The notes beneath the pieces are model-generated. The model had not been told where the DNA came from, did no database searches, and saw only the letters and a list, made by a program, of their open reading frames with translations. Both the position numbers and the translations under genes were made by a program. Source: Haplodiscus bocki (taxonomy: Eukaryota). From it: DNA of 64,000 nt. This document shows, in pieces, positions 25,001-36,919 of this stretch (the stretch's first letter is position 1; every line of letters starts with the position of its first letter). Where the stretch lies: NCBI GenBank assembly GCA_965655095.1, contig OZ296651.1, positions 30,752,001 to 30,816,000 on the forward strand. Direction: 5' to 3'.

Positions 25001-28000
25001 TTGAAGCAACTTCGATTTTCAAGAGGCAAGGTATTCACGTGAACACAAGTTTACGCCGGAAAGACATATTTCAAGTCCAACATGCTCCAAATACATTCAG
25101 TTGACGACAAAATGCGGCAAACTTCAGAAGTTGAAGTGTTTTTTTTCTTTTTCAGCTGCAATTTTCGCTCCCGCAATTTTTATCTTTCTTTTTCTTAACG
25201 CTAACTGGGACAGACGCACTAGACTCACCATGAATCTTTACTGTAGCGTGTTCTTCCACGCCAGCTGCGTTTTTCGCTAAATATGTAGCAGACATTATGG
25301 CGTCACAAACAATTCATGCTACCTTGATTTAACGAGTAAGTTTTTGTCACAACCGGAGAGAATGTTTCACCGAAGTCCGCTGCGTAATAATAGTAACCCG
25401 CCTTCAACTCTTGCGCTACTTCACAATGACCTTCCAACAGATGAGCTAAATGCAAATTCCGTAAAATTTCCCACACATCCTCACAATATGGTCTGCTAAT
25501 CAACTTGAAAAATGTTTCAGATCACGACTCGTACACTTTGAACCTACAAATTTTCTGGCCACTGTTATCACATTTTTTGCGACATCTGTAGTTCCCGCGC
25601 TCGCACGAGTGCGTTAATGTTTCCGCTAAACTGTGCAAATCGTCGACATTCTCCTCTGAGTTTAACAATGTATTTGTGGGGTCAGCCAATTCGATTTTCA
25701 GTTCATGCAACAGTTGGCGAAAAGATCCGACAATTTTGTTTTTGATAATGGGATTGTTCTTGTCCTCGTATGTCCAAATACTTACATGAAGGTGAGGAGC
25801 ATTGCCTATTGATGTTTGAAATTCAAAACGCGGAAAAATGATTTTGACAGTTCCCAGAGGTTTATCTTTGGATATTTCCAAATACTTAATGAAAAAAGCA
25901 GCCGCCCTTCCCCACAAATGCACATATAAAGGCATGAATCCCTCTTTCAGGTTCCTTCTCTCAGCATCACTCATATTAACACTATTCCGCTCGATTAGTT
26001 TAAACAACGGTGCCTTGCCGAACATTCTGGACTGGTTTAACGTAAACGTCAGAAAAAAGGTTGGCTCCTCCGACCGTATAGCCGAAGCCAATTCATTTAC
26101 GATTTTACGACTGTCTTCTTCATTCATCCGTTCAATGGCCTGAGAACTTTTGAAATTCAAAGACCGGAGTTCCTGTGAACCTCTGTTCAGAACAAAGCGA
26201 GAATCAAAATTTTGAGCTTGGAAGTTGAGGAAACAGTCAAAAATAAAACTGAATAACGCGCGGGTCCGAAGATTTCAATAACGACAAATTTTTCAAGCGA
26301 CTACGAATGTGAGAAATTATGTCAGCAAAAATGAAGCGCTTCGTCACTGACGCTGGCGCGAATAAGGGTGACGGAATCGCGCTACAAATGGAATTTTTGA
26401 CAGTGAGGTAAGAAATGGAAGGTAAAAGCACTGCCTCGGGTAACGTTAACGGAACACTTTCGCCGGGACATTTGGCAGTGAAAGATGTGAGGAAACGCCA
26501 TTCATTTTTCCTGAAGTTTGTCGGGTTTCTTGGCCTATTAAGTAAGGAACATACTGCATTCAAAATGACGTGACTTCCCACTGTTTTAAGGTCTTCTGCT
26601 GAATGAATCTGTACTGCTTCGGCGCCAGCATCCGTTTCGGAAACGTCGACAATTTCAATTACCCCGGCGTCCGTGGGAACATCAGTTTCACTAGTGGAAG
26701 CTTCAACTTCACTGTCATCTCCCCCGGAATTGTCACCTATTTCATCGCTTTGCCTTTTCTGTCTCAGGACCTCATTTTTCCCTACATGTGGTGTAACAGT
26801 ACTTTTTCCATCTATTTCACTGAAGTGCTTCTTACAAAGGGCACTTTCACACCCCTCAAATGGACATCGCCATGCTGATTGCAGGTACAGAAGTCATCAA
26901 ACTGGCAAAAAAGATTTTTTAGGAAAATCACAAGTTAACCGCAGTGTATGAGCATCACAAAACACCATATCTTGGCCAAAAATACTGAAAACATCCTGCG
27001 ATCTTTCTTTCTCATTTAAACGAGACTCAAGCCTTTCATAAACGCAAATTTTCCAGTTGTTTTTAGGAAGAAAAGAACAATAAAATTGATGAGTAACTTT
27101 TTGAGATTTACCAACAGTATTAATGTTCCACCAATCCTCGCAAACTTTGTAACGAAAGTTTTCGAAGTGGAATCGTCACTTACTATGTACACCAGTTTGA
27201 ATGTCCTATCATTGGTTTCCATACAGTCATTTGGAGGGAGAAGAGAACAATTTCTGGAGCAGCAACGGATCACGCGACAAAGTCGTGCTCGTTAGCAATG
27301 TCTATATTGAGGTCAACAGGTTGTTGCTTATTTTGGACTTCTACACACTTCACATAAGGTAATCGATGAAGCGTCTGGAAAACCGTCGACTCTTCTAAGT
27401 CGCGTTCGTTTTTACGCAATGCGTCATTGAAACTCTGTTTGAACGATTTTCATTTTTTGCCAGAAACATTCACGAATTTTCGATGAGAAACGCTGTTTTC
27501 TTAGATGTCCCTGTATTATGTTACTCATAAAAAGAACCGAATTAGCTGTCAAATCAAAGATAGTTTTTGATTTTTCTGAACCTACTACGTAAGTTGTTGG
27601 TGGGGCCCCCCCAAAGATTTATCCATCACTTTTACACAAGGAAAATGTAGTTTATTTAAAGAGCACACCTCGTTGTTCGATGGCTTACTAAAAGAACCGG
27701 ACTCCTCCTCAGGTTCTTGAAATTGACAATCAGAGTGTTCTGTTGGTTCTTCATCAATGCTGTCATGTAATATCTCATTCTCGGAGCTTGCAACGTCCCC
27801 CTGGACTTCATCAACTTCGTCAATAATAGTCAGAGGCTCAACCGTCTGAAGGTTTCTGACGTAGCGTAAAAAACCAATTGTTTCAAGGGGCAAGAAGCTA
27901 GTGTGATCTTCGAAAACAACAGCTTTCTCAATCCAGTCGAAGTTTTTATTTTTCAAATTAGAATCACCTACGGCCTGAGATAGGTGACCATTATTCACAG

Positions 28001-29341
28001 TTTTTTTAAAACCAATTCATTATCTTTTCTCGTCTGAAGGTAGAATGATTCGTGTAGGACATTTTCATCGCTCACTTTATCAAACGAACGGCTTTCTGAT
28101 AAGAAACAGGTGTTTAAACCGGCGAAACAAGATTGCAGCTTTACCATTTTTTACGACGCAGTCGAGAAGTTTTCGCGAAAAGGTTCCATTGTCCTTGTGC
28201 TCAAAATCGCCGACGCGAAACCATCGGGCAAGGATTGAAATTTCTACCGGCCGGGTGCCTAAGTAAATGCAAGTATTGTTGGTCAATTTTGTTGTTGTGA
28301 TCCCTACAAGTTAACAAAAACACGCCATTGACATTAAATAGAAGTGCTGGCTTTTTTGATGGAGCTAAAGGGTCTTCTGGGAAATTGATTTCCGTTAATT
28401 CGTAGTCACAACGGATTCCTCGTAAATAAACCGTAAATAAATTGAATTGCGAAAATGTTGGAATGATTTTGCCTCAGTAATGTGTAAAATCGATCTGTCC
28501 ACACTCATCAATAAATTCCTCACATACAACGGGGCATTCAACACAGGAAAAAAATTCTTCGTTGACACAGTTCACCATCTTCGCAACAGGCATTTTTTGT
28601 CTGAAAGCGTTGAATTTTCTTAGCCTCTCTGATACATCAGTGAAAACTGGAACACTTACCAAGTCCATCCTACTCCAAAAAACCAAATTTTCACACGCTG
28701 TTTTGTTTAGCCACCTCGACCTCAACGGAAAGGGAATGTTTTGCCAAAAGTTACAAGTGATATCTTCATCGGTAAGCATTATCCAGAAAACTGCTGGCCC
28801 AGCAAATTTCAAAGTGGCAATTTTGTTGTACGGAGGGTTAGATGGGTTCTCAAATGCGCTACACAATTGACAGAGAGTGATAATGCTGGATGTTTTGCTG
28901 GGGCCAAATTTTTTGTCAATTGACAATAGTGGTTCTTGCTACAGTGTCAAACTGTAATGGGAAACTCTCAGTTGAAATACGATGACAACTGTAACAGGTC
29001 CTCTTATTGGGAATAATTAAAGACGCTACTTCTTCGGGGGGCGACAAAATGGAGACTTCGAATACGCCTGGGTCCGAGATGCGATCCTCGTTAGCATCAC
29101 ACCTTGAGCATTAGCCGGTAGCAGACAACAGGCGGTCACATGGTTGACATTTCTCACGACGTGGTCGTTTGCGACCCATGATATCAGCAGAAACTGAAAA
29201 CTCCGCGCATGCATGCCGAACACATAGTTATTGGATTGTCACTGTTGCAAATTTGTAGCCCACTTTTTTAGTTGACCTTCCGGAACCACAGGAGAGAGAT
29301 TAAACTTTAATGTAGTGTTTTTTTAACCGATAAGAGGCCAT
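22100..29341 (-). pseudogene. Rep (HUH)-PIF1 helicase-GIY-YIG polyprotein, frameshifted
   Basis: Rep motifs PTFFLTFTLN, RFEFQTSIGNAPHLHVSIW and YLAKN (YxxKY relic, ~25280). Helicase motifs AMSGSGKT, LYFEEIGMVS, PFGGILIVGTGDPKQLP, QFPLKNFMAMTIHKAMG and LYVLVSRV. C-terminal GFVYLLVS...TYVGQTSDLRRRLREH...RPWG. Confidence 0.88.
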
Positions 29342-29861
29342 TTTCGCAATCGACATTTTGGAAAAAAGCGGCAATTTAGAAGTTTACTTTCAGGATTACT
29401 GACTCAGGTCACTTTTAAAGTGAACCAAAGTTTGTTTTCAGGAAATATAAGGATCTTGTCCCTTCTAAACCAGCTGCTCTCTTACGTGTTCGTTTTCCTG
29501 CTGAGAACAAGTTTTGTTTAAGAGTGCGAAGTACATCATTTAAATTTCCCTGGGAACAATCAGTAAAACTTATCGGCCACTATTAGTAGACCGCACTACG
29601 ATTAAATACTGTTGGTTGAAGATGAAAAGAACAATCGGAATGAGCACAGTCAATTGATGGGGCAACAGGAAATTTGCAATTCATAAAGTAATAACAAAAC
29701 AACATATCAAAAACTCAAAATCTTGACAAAAAATTAATAAGTTAGTTAACTTCGGAAGTTGCTTGGCAGTTGTAACAAACAATTGGGTACAAATGGGAAA
29801 GAAATAATGGAAAATAGCTGCATACAGGCTTCCAAAATGTTGATGACAGATACTTAACCCT

Positions 29862-30454
29862 CTAAAGACGAGCTGAAAATCGAACATTGTTTGTCAAAAT
29901 CCGATCATTCAGCTTTACAGATTGAGGAAACAATGTAGTGTACTCAGGGAAATTTTCGTTAACTATGGATCTCAGTTGGCTCCGTCCAAACTTGCTGAGA
30001 TGTATTTGATCATCCCAAACGATGAACTTTCTGCTCAACTTGGAGCCAACACCCACAAACTTGTACACACCGGTTGCACTAAGCCGAAGAGCATTGTTGA
30101 GTTGTTTTATGGCAAAAATAACTTCGTTGATCGTTCGATGTGGGACTCCCAAAACAAATACATTACCGTAGTATTTCAAGTACTGGCTGGCCGCCAAGAT
30201 GTCAAATGTGATTTTGGGAATTGTTCTCTGCCAACGCATCCGTCCCTGTTTGGTCTACTTTGCAAGCTGTTTCCCCCTATCATCAGAATAAAATGAGAAT
30301 TATTTTGCAAGGGAAAATTGGAAACAATACTAGGCAAATCGTCCACTCTCGCCCCAGGAACACACACAATATCACAATAGTCGATAACCAATTTCCGTAA
30401 AAGAGAATCACCAACCAACACAATTTCGTTTCCGCGTTCAGTTGAGTAAATCAT
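29862..30454 (-). pseudogene. SGNH/GDSL hydrolase-like ORF (frameshifted)
   Basis: Block I IVLVGDSL, block II VPGA, block III LMIGGNSL and block V DDQIHLSKFG (DxxH), spread over ORFs 30176-30460 and 29862-30239. Confidence 0.8.
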
Positions 30455-31940
30455 TTCCAATTGGAAACCATTAGAGTTAAAAAAACATTATTCGGTCTGA
30501 AAAGGGACTCGTTACCTCTGCTTTTTTCCAAATACATGAAACACTCCCGCAAAAACTTGAGCAAAGTACGCTCTAACGACGATTTTAACTCATTGGAACA
30601 ACTTTAGTTGACGTTTCGCACCACTTTCCTTCCAATGATTTGACCGATTAGTAGAGACAAAGTCCAAGATTAGCACGCTTTTAATTGGAATTAAAATCGC
30701 AATTACACGTTGACACGGTTGATACTTACCCACATAAACCTTACCATACAATGTCCAAAGAAAGACGGCTAAAACGATAATTGAATTACTTTAGTACTGC
30801 TAAACATTACAGATTTCATACAAAAAAGCCCTACGGAGGGCACGAAGAAACAAAAGGCAAAGTTGCTCAAAGTTTTGGAAAAACAAATTTCAGTCAAAGC
30901 GCTTTCGTGTGAGATTGGAAACTTGATTAGAACCACTCATGAATACTGAAAGTCGTCAAAGTAAAAAAAAAACGAAATTTAAGAAAATCATTTCCAATGG
31001 AACTGAATGAAAACTGAGCGCATAATCTTTTTGACATACTACTTCTAAAGACTTCAAACATCACATACGCGTTGTAGCTTAACAGGGGAACTGTTTCCTA
31101 CTTCTGCAAGCGTTCCCTAAAGTGCCCCAGAAAAAAGTTATGGCCAGTTGAAACACAAGGACTCTGATGAAAATGTCCGGTGGGTCAAAATTCGTGGCCT
31201 GAAAAACGACAAAAAAATGAATTTTTTTTTGGAAAAACAAAAACTCACCAGCTAACTGCATCAATTGGGCTAAATATTGCAGAAAAGAATGGCCCGATAG
31301 CTATCCTACGAAAAAATTGCCGCCAGAAAGCATTTTATGATCAAAAACTGGAAAAAGTGTGGTTTTTTCCAAAAAAAATGGTCATAACTTTTTCCCACTT
31401 TGTTTTATGGAGTTTTTTCCTGCTAAACATTTGTTCACATATGGATGGGCAACAAGGGGTAATGGCACCGTGAAACCACTTTGATAAGTGGGTGCCGAGT
31501 TACGGGACCTTAAACTTGAAAAACACGTCTCAGACCCATTTTTTGACCTTTTTCAAATTATCATAAGTCAACGTCAGATTGTCGTACAGCAGCGTTCTAC
31601 AGCTCATTTTCCCCGCTGATTGACGTACTTTCCGCATGCAGCCACTTGCAATACTAGTTGTGTGGACGAAGTTGGACTTTGGGCCCAAAAACCGTCAAAA
31701 AATGGAAAATAGGCGAAATTGACGTCACAAAATGGCAAAATATCCAACATTTAGAAAAAATCCGGAAAAATGCCACAAGGGAATGCTGATTAGCTTGCTC
31801 ATACCTAGAAACGTGCAAATTTTCAGCCGATTCTATAGGCTCGTTTCGAAAATCGATTTTTTCCCACCCTTTTTTGTTACGTCTAATTTCCCACAGGGGC
31901 TGCCGCTACCGGGTCCCTCCCCGGGCGGCCTGAGAGGTTA

Positions 31941-33880
31941 GGAAGCATCCCGGACCACGAAAGATCACCGCGGAAAGCATGATGCCTGGAAAAAGACGCC
32001 GTATGGAAGCTACAGGAGTGGCAACGCCTCAGAATAAGGACCGACTGGCACTTTTTTGAGATCTGCCTTTTTCCATCGCCATTTCATCCTAGACTATGCC
32101 GCCATAGTTCATCCCATGGTAATTCTCTTGAAAATGTGTCAACTTGTAATGGTTGAGAGACGCTCAGCGAGCATTTGAGCGGATCATGGGACTTGTCAAA
32201 CCCAGTAGCATTAGCCTTGGCAGCATATGAACGATGTTTCCTGGACGCAGACGCAGGTAATGTTGGATTGTCAGACATTCTTGGTCAAGATCAAGTTTGG
32301 AGTACTAGGAAAGTGATCTTTCTGGTGTATTTTGGCAGCAAGTCTTTGAACCCTACTGAAATGAAGATTGGAACTCAAAATGGGAAAGGTTCGCAGGCGG
32401 TCACGTTTATCTAAAAGCTCACGTCGTATTTAACCCACGGATGCTCATTTCGAGAATCGATAATCAAGCTTCATGCTGGCTAAAGACACTTTCTCGATGA
32501 AGGAATCAGTTGATAGTGGATCGTCCTACTAAACGAATTTGAGATGGAGATTGAAGCTTGATCAATTACGAAGCTCGGGACTGCAGCTGGATAGAACTTA
32601 ACCAGAAGATCAATCACTACATTCGGCGGCAAAGGAAATCGCCCATATAGCGCACAAAAAATTGAACTCCGCTTCATTTTACAAGAAAAAATGACATGCT
32701 ACCTCCGTGCCTGAGTTGGGCAGCAAGAAGCTGGGTCGTTGCATCAAGTCTTAATCAGTGCCTGACTCAGTAAAAGTTCTGCCAACCAAGTCCCCCAAAA
32801 GCTTCATCGAAAAGTGGGTAAAGACAGGAAGTCCAGGAGCTCTGCCCCAAACCGGAGTTCACCATTTTTTGACAATATCCGTGGGAGCAAGAATCAACTG
32901 ACGAATTTTCGACAAAGAAATTTTGCCTTGTTCGAGCACCTGCTCTAGCGAAAGGATTTCAAAACCTTGATGTCATACTTACCAACATTTAGCAAGTTTC
33001 GAACATGCTCAGCTCAACATCACATCATCACAACTGTCCTAAAAAGAACACCATAGCAACGTCTATTCCATAAGCAATTCTCTTGAAGCGCGTCGAGCAG
33101 ACACCTAATCCAAGCGATACATCGACTGATGGCAAACATCTCACTGGAGGACTCAAGAATCAGTCCGGAAATGCATTTTAGACCAGTGTGAACGGAAATT
33201 ATTCGTCAATTTAAGATGACATCCTTTGTACAAGAAAGCCTTTCAAAGAATAGGCCAGATGCCGCTTCCAGCATCTAATAGTGATGTCTCAATTTTTTCA
33301 TTCGGACAAATCGAAAAATCCCTGACACTCGTGCTTGAGGCAGATAAAGGATTGTCAAGTCCTGAATACATCGCGGTGATTGGCCAGCGAAGTCAAGACT
33401 TGTATAGCCGACTGCCCGGCTTGCGAGGAAAAGGGACTTCGTAATGATGCCCTACGTTGAGGAATTAAAAACATCTTTCAGAATTTTCGTTGAATTATTG
33501 CAGATTGACAACCTCATAATTTGCAAAACCAAACCGGCCATACTGGAGTGAAGTGATCATTGAACACTTCACTGAGCCAATGAATACACTGCTGAAGCCA
33601 GAATACATTTTTTAATTCATTGGTGTGCACAAAATGGCGCGCTATGGTTTTTGCAATCTGATGATGGAACCCAGTTTACAGCGGATTTGACTCAAGAATT
33701 CATCTGATTGTCTCATGTAGTTTAAATCTTTCCAGCGCCAGCCACCCACAGAAGCAAGTTCTAGTGGAACGCCAGAATAGAACACTCCTCAGTTTACTCG
33801 CTGTGTACTGCAGTAGACGAATGAAGGAGTTGAATACCAACAGGGCTCAAAGTAGGTGCTGTTATTGAATAACACCGTTC
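31941..33880 (+). pseudogene. Gypsy-2 RT C-terminus, RNase H and integrase (3' part)
   Basis: KHPGPRKITAE (KYLG-like), FLDADAGNVGLSDILGQ...YFGSKSLNPTE (RNase H), and ELLQID, SDDGTQFT, VERQNRTLL (rve integrase). Confidence 0.8.
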
Positions 33881-34895
33881 TGTCAACTATACGGTATCAA
33901 TTGTTCATATCGAAAGTGAACTGGAAACTTAGACAAGGAATCTGTCGGACTGAGTGATGAGATCCAGTTTAAAAGTACATAAAACCACAGTCATGGCCTT
34001 GAAAGAGAAATAAGCATGATGAAAAGTGTCAAGAATGCTTATTCGTAAAAATTCTTGCGCAAGTTGACAAACTCAAACACCTTGGAACAGCGCGTATCTG
34101 AGATGGACGTCATGATGTTAACATCAGAATCCTGGTTGCTCAATCAACGAATGCTTTCAAAGAAACTTTTGCTGACAAGACAGTTTTTCACAATCTGTTA
34201 AAAGGTGTTAACTGACTCTAATCCCAATGGCAACCCATAATGGCGAGAACTGAATCTCTAATCCACAAACGGCTTGATTTCAAAATCAATGTTATGGAAG
34301 CGATTAAATATGCATTGACGACTTGCGAAATGAAAGGAATCCTTACCACGATTCGATTGAATCCTTACCACGTAGCTATGTTCCTTGGACATGTTAATCA
34401 TTAGCAGTGTCTTGAAGACCTGAACTCACCAAAGGAAAATTTGCTTGACAATGGGCACTATAATGCAAAACGTGTCACAATTCCGAAACAAAACTCTGCC
34501 AGATGACGCAAGACTGTTGTAGCCTGCAGTGACTACCAATGCCGAGAACTAGCTTGGCAACTAGAAGAGGAGAACATCCGCCAAAATTCTGATCATACTT
34601 GTAGTAGTCGACTACCAGTTGCTGACTGCGCGCGTCCCATCCACTCGTTGGATTGCTCGTGTTTTTTTTTGGACTGAACGCAATTCGGGACCCCCACTGC
34701 AGCCTTTGATTTTGCGGAAAAAGATTTTTCTGATAGTCGGAAGGTGAAAATATCAACGAATCGAAGTCTTATTAATATCATATTTTGATGAGAATTTACC
34801 GGCAATTTTGTTCCAAGTACGATCAGTGAAGCAAAGAGGAAATTGGTCATGTAAATAATGACAGCACTGGTCCGTGCATGATACATAGTCGTGAG

Positions 34896-35280
34896 TAGCG
34901 CTCGGCGGTTCTGGAAAAAGCTTTGGTTCGCTTCGATTCGGTTCGCAATCGAAAAAATCGGTTCGGTTCCAAGAGTTGGAACAAAAATTATTTATCCTAG
35001 AACTTTTTTCTTTGTAGCAAGCGTCAGCGTACAGCTTTCAGTTTTCCAAAATGAGTTCACTTCAATTTGAAGCACCGTTTTGTTTTTCTACAATGTAAAC
35101 TTACATCATTCTTGAATGGCTTTTGGTAATTTTCACTGGGCAATTACGATTACTATGTAAAAGTTCGGCAAAATCTCTGCTTGACCTATCACAAATTGGA
35201 ATAGTCGATTTTGATTCTGAACGTCGGTTTTGCCCGGTTTTTAATTTTATCGGATCGGTTCGGTTAACCGCCGAACATTA
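34896..35280. mobile_element. hAT-type MITE with 8 bp TSD
   Basis: TIRs TAGCGCTCGGCGGTT / AACCGCCGAACATTA, a perfect 8 bp duplication GTCGTGAG at 34888-34895 and 35281-35288, and subterminal TCGGT repeats. Confidence 0.85.
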
Positions 35281-35747
35281 GTCGTGAGGTACTCATTGAA
35301 GTTGAGCTGAGCTTCTGATAGCGAAGCGGAAGTGAAAAAGCATGGGAGCAACTTTGGAGCACTTTTGCTCTACACAGTTTTTATGTGTTTAATTTCGATG
35401 AAATTTCTTCAATTTTTGGAAACGAAGGGACACAAGTATCGATTAAAACGCTTTTTTGTCCTTTCTATATTTTCATTAGTTTTTCTTAGACTAAGTCTAT
35501 TTTGTATGCAAACGCGATATGGTCAGTTCTGATTTGTTTGTAAATGCCGCATTGTTTTTAAATGAGGGACTGGATTTGCATTAACGTGCTTCCAAAGTTG
35601 AATTTGAATTTTTGGTTAAACGCTGAAGCAAGTTGTTAGTGCTTTTTCAAGAAATATTTTCGCAGTTTCAAATTTGATCTTTTCACTTTTGCTTCGTCGG
35701 TTGCGCTGTCCGGAATCATCATGGCTCTTTATAAGAGGTCCTATTTT

Positions 35748-35915
35748 CAAGGGCGAATTAAGGGAAGGGCGAGGGAGTCCAAGGCACCTTTCCCATTTTT
35801 GAACTTTTTACTGCAAAATACCTGACATCATGGTAAATTTGTGCATTTTCCGTGGCCGCGCCTCCCCTCTATTTTGAGAGCAGCCCCCGTTCACAATTTT
35901 CTAAATAGTCCCCTG
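35748..35915. mobile_element. Small degenerate hAT-type MITE
   Basis: CAAGGGCGAATTA ... TAAATAGTCCCCTG imperfect TIRs. Flanks CCTATTTT / TTTATTTT resemble a decayed 8 bp TSD. Confidence 0.5.
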
Positions 35916-36349
35916 TTTATTTTATGAAGTACCTGATGCTTCTGATATTCAATTTTTTGGCCATCTTTAAAAATGTGTTGAGGAGTAGTTGGCATAATGT
36001 TAGAAGTCGTGAATCACAATCGAAAGGTTGTGTGTCCGATCCATCCTCTATCCTTGTTATGTAACTCGAGTAACTTAGTTTGCTTCAGGCTAGTAGCTAT
36101 TGAAAGTAAGAGTTGTCAATCATCAGTGGCTCAAAAAGAGGCGACGGATCGAGATCAATAGGTCAGCAGAAGCTCATGAAATTGGGATCTATCCGATACG
36201 ACGAGGACAACAAAATGATATGTTTCAGAAGATAAGATATTTGAAAACCAAACCAAGTGATCGTTATTTATTGTTCAGTCACTTATCTGAAGGTATTTTG
36301 GATTGCTTTTCTATAATTTAACCCTTTTAGTTACCTGCTAAATTTTCAG

Positions 36350-36688
36350 GTGTGGTTTCCGGAGTCTAATCGATTGGAAACTACGTATTTGTTGGATGAA
36401 AGCGACGAAGAAAACGACGAACCAGATGAAATTCATATTCTTTACTGTTACCCTCCCTTTTCCTATCAGCAGCAGTCTCTCTATTCGGGCTCCGCCTCTT
36501 CCTTCTCTAATTGTAATTCCTCTCCCACGAAAAGCAGAAGCAGTCGCAAGTCTCCTTGGGAAATGTTTGCAAGGGACAGACTAAGATTCCAACGAAAAAT
36601 CGCTCAGAGATACAAAGATCAGCTATCGGCTATTCTCGACACAGAACATCGTCTCAAAATCTACAATTCGCGTTTTAAAGAAACATAA
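36350..36688 (+). CDS. PPP1R15: PPP1R15-like gene, terminal exon (PP1/eIF2alpha-binding domain)
   Basis: Acceptor AATTTTCAG|GTG TGG TTT (phase 0). RKSPWEMFARDRLRFQRKI...LSAILDTEHR matches the PPP1R15/ICP34.5 signature RxGxWExxARDRxRFxRRI. Splicing gives R-T|V-W-F, an RVxF motif. Confidence 0.88.
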   Translation: MWFPESNRLETTYLLDESDEENDEPDEIHILYCYPPFSYQQQSLYSGSASSFSNCNSSPTKSRSSRKSPWEMFARDRLRFQRKIAQRYKDQLSAILDTEHRLKIYNSRFKET

Positions 36689-36919
36689 TTTTTCCGTAGA
36701 AGGAAAGTTGCCTAAATTTGATTGTAGAGTAAAGAAGTTAAGATTTAGTGTATTTTTATATTATTGTATGTAACCATGTTTCACCACCTCAGAAGGCTCT
36801 TAACTCTCTAAAAGTATTTCGTTCTTAAATTTTTCAAAACATCAACTCCATTAACCCAGACAATTTTTAATTTTACAAAATTCCGAAAAAAAGTGTTGAA
36901 AAAAGTCGAACATCTCCAA

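Larger units (their letters stand above)
19088..31938 (-). mobile_element. Helitron-like (rolling-circle) element, ~12.85 kb, decayed
   Basis: Interrupts the Gypsy-2 RT and encodes an HUH Rep plus PIF1 helicase. There are stem-loops at both junctions. Exact ends are uncertain. Confidence 0.8.
13669..34800 (+). mobile_element. Decayed Ty3/Gypsy LTR retrotransposon (Gypsy-2), split by a Helitron-like insertion; ends approximate
   Basis: gag-PR-RT lie to the left of 19088 and RT C-terminus-RNase H-integrase to the right of 31940, in the same orientation and in continuous domain order. Confidence 0.75.

Noticed and set aside
36350-36688. Viral ICP34.5/DP71L-like gene belonging to the neighbouring Polinton
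   Set aside because: It has no ATG, starts at a splice acceptor and joins host exons in phase, so it is better explained as the host PPP1R15 terminal exon.
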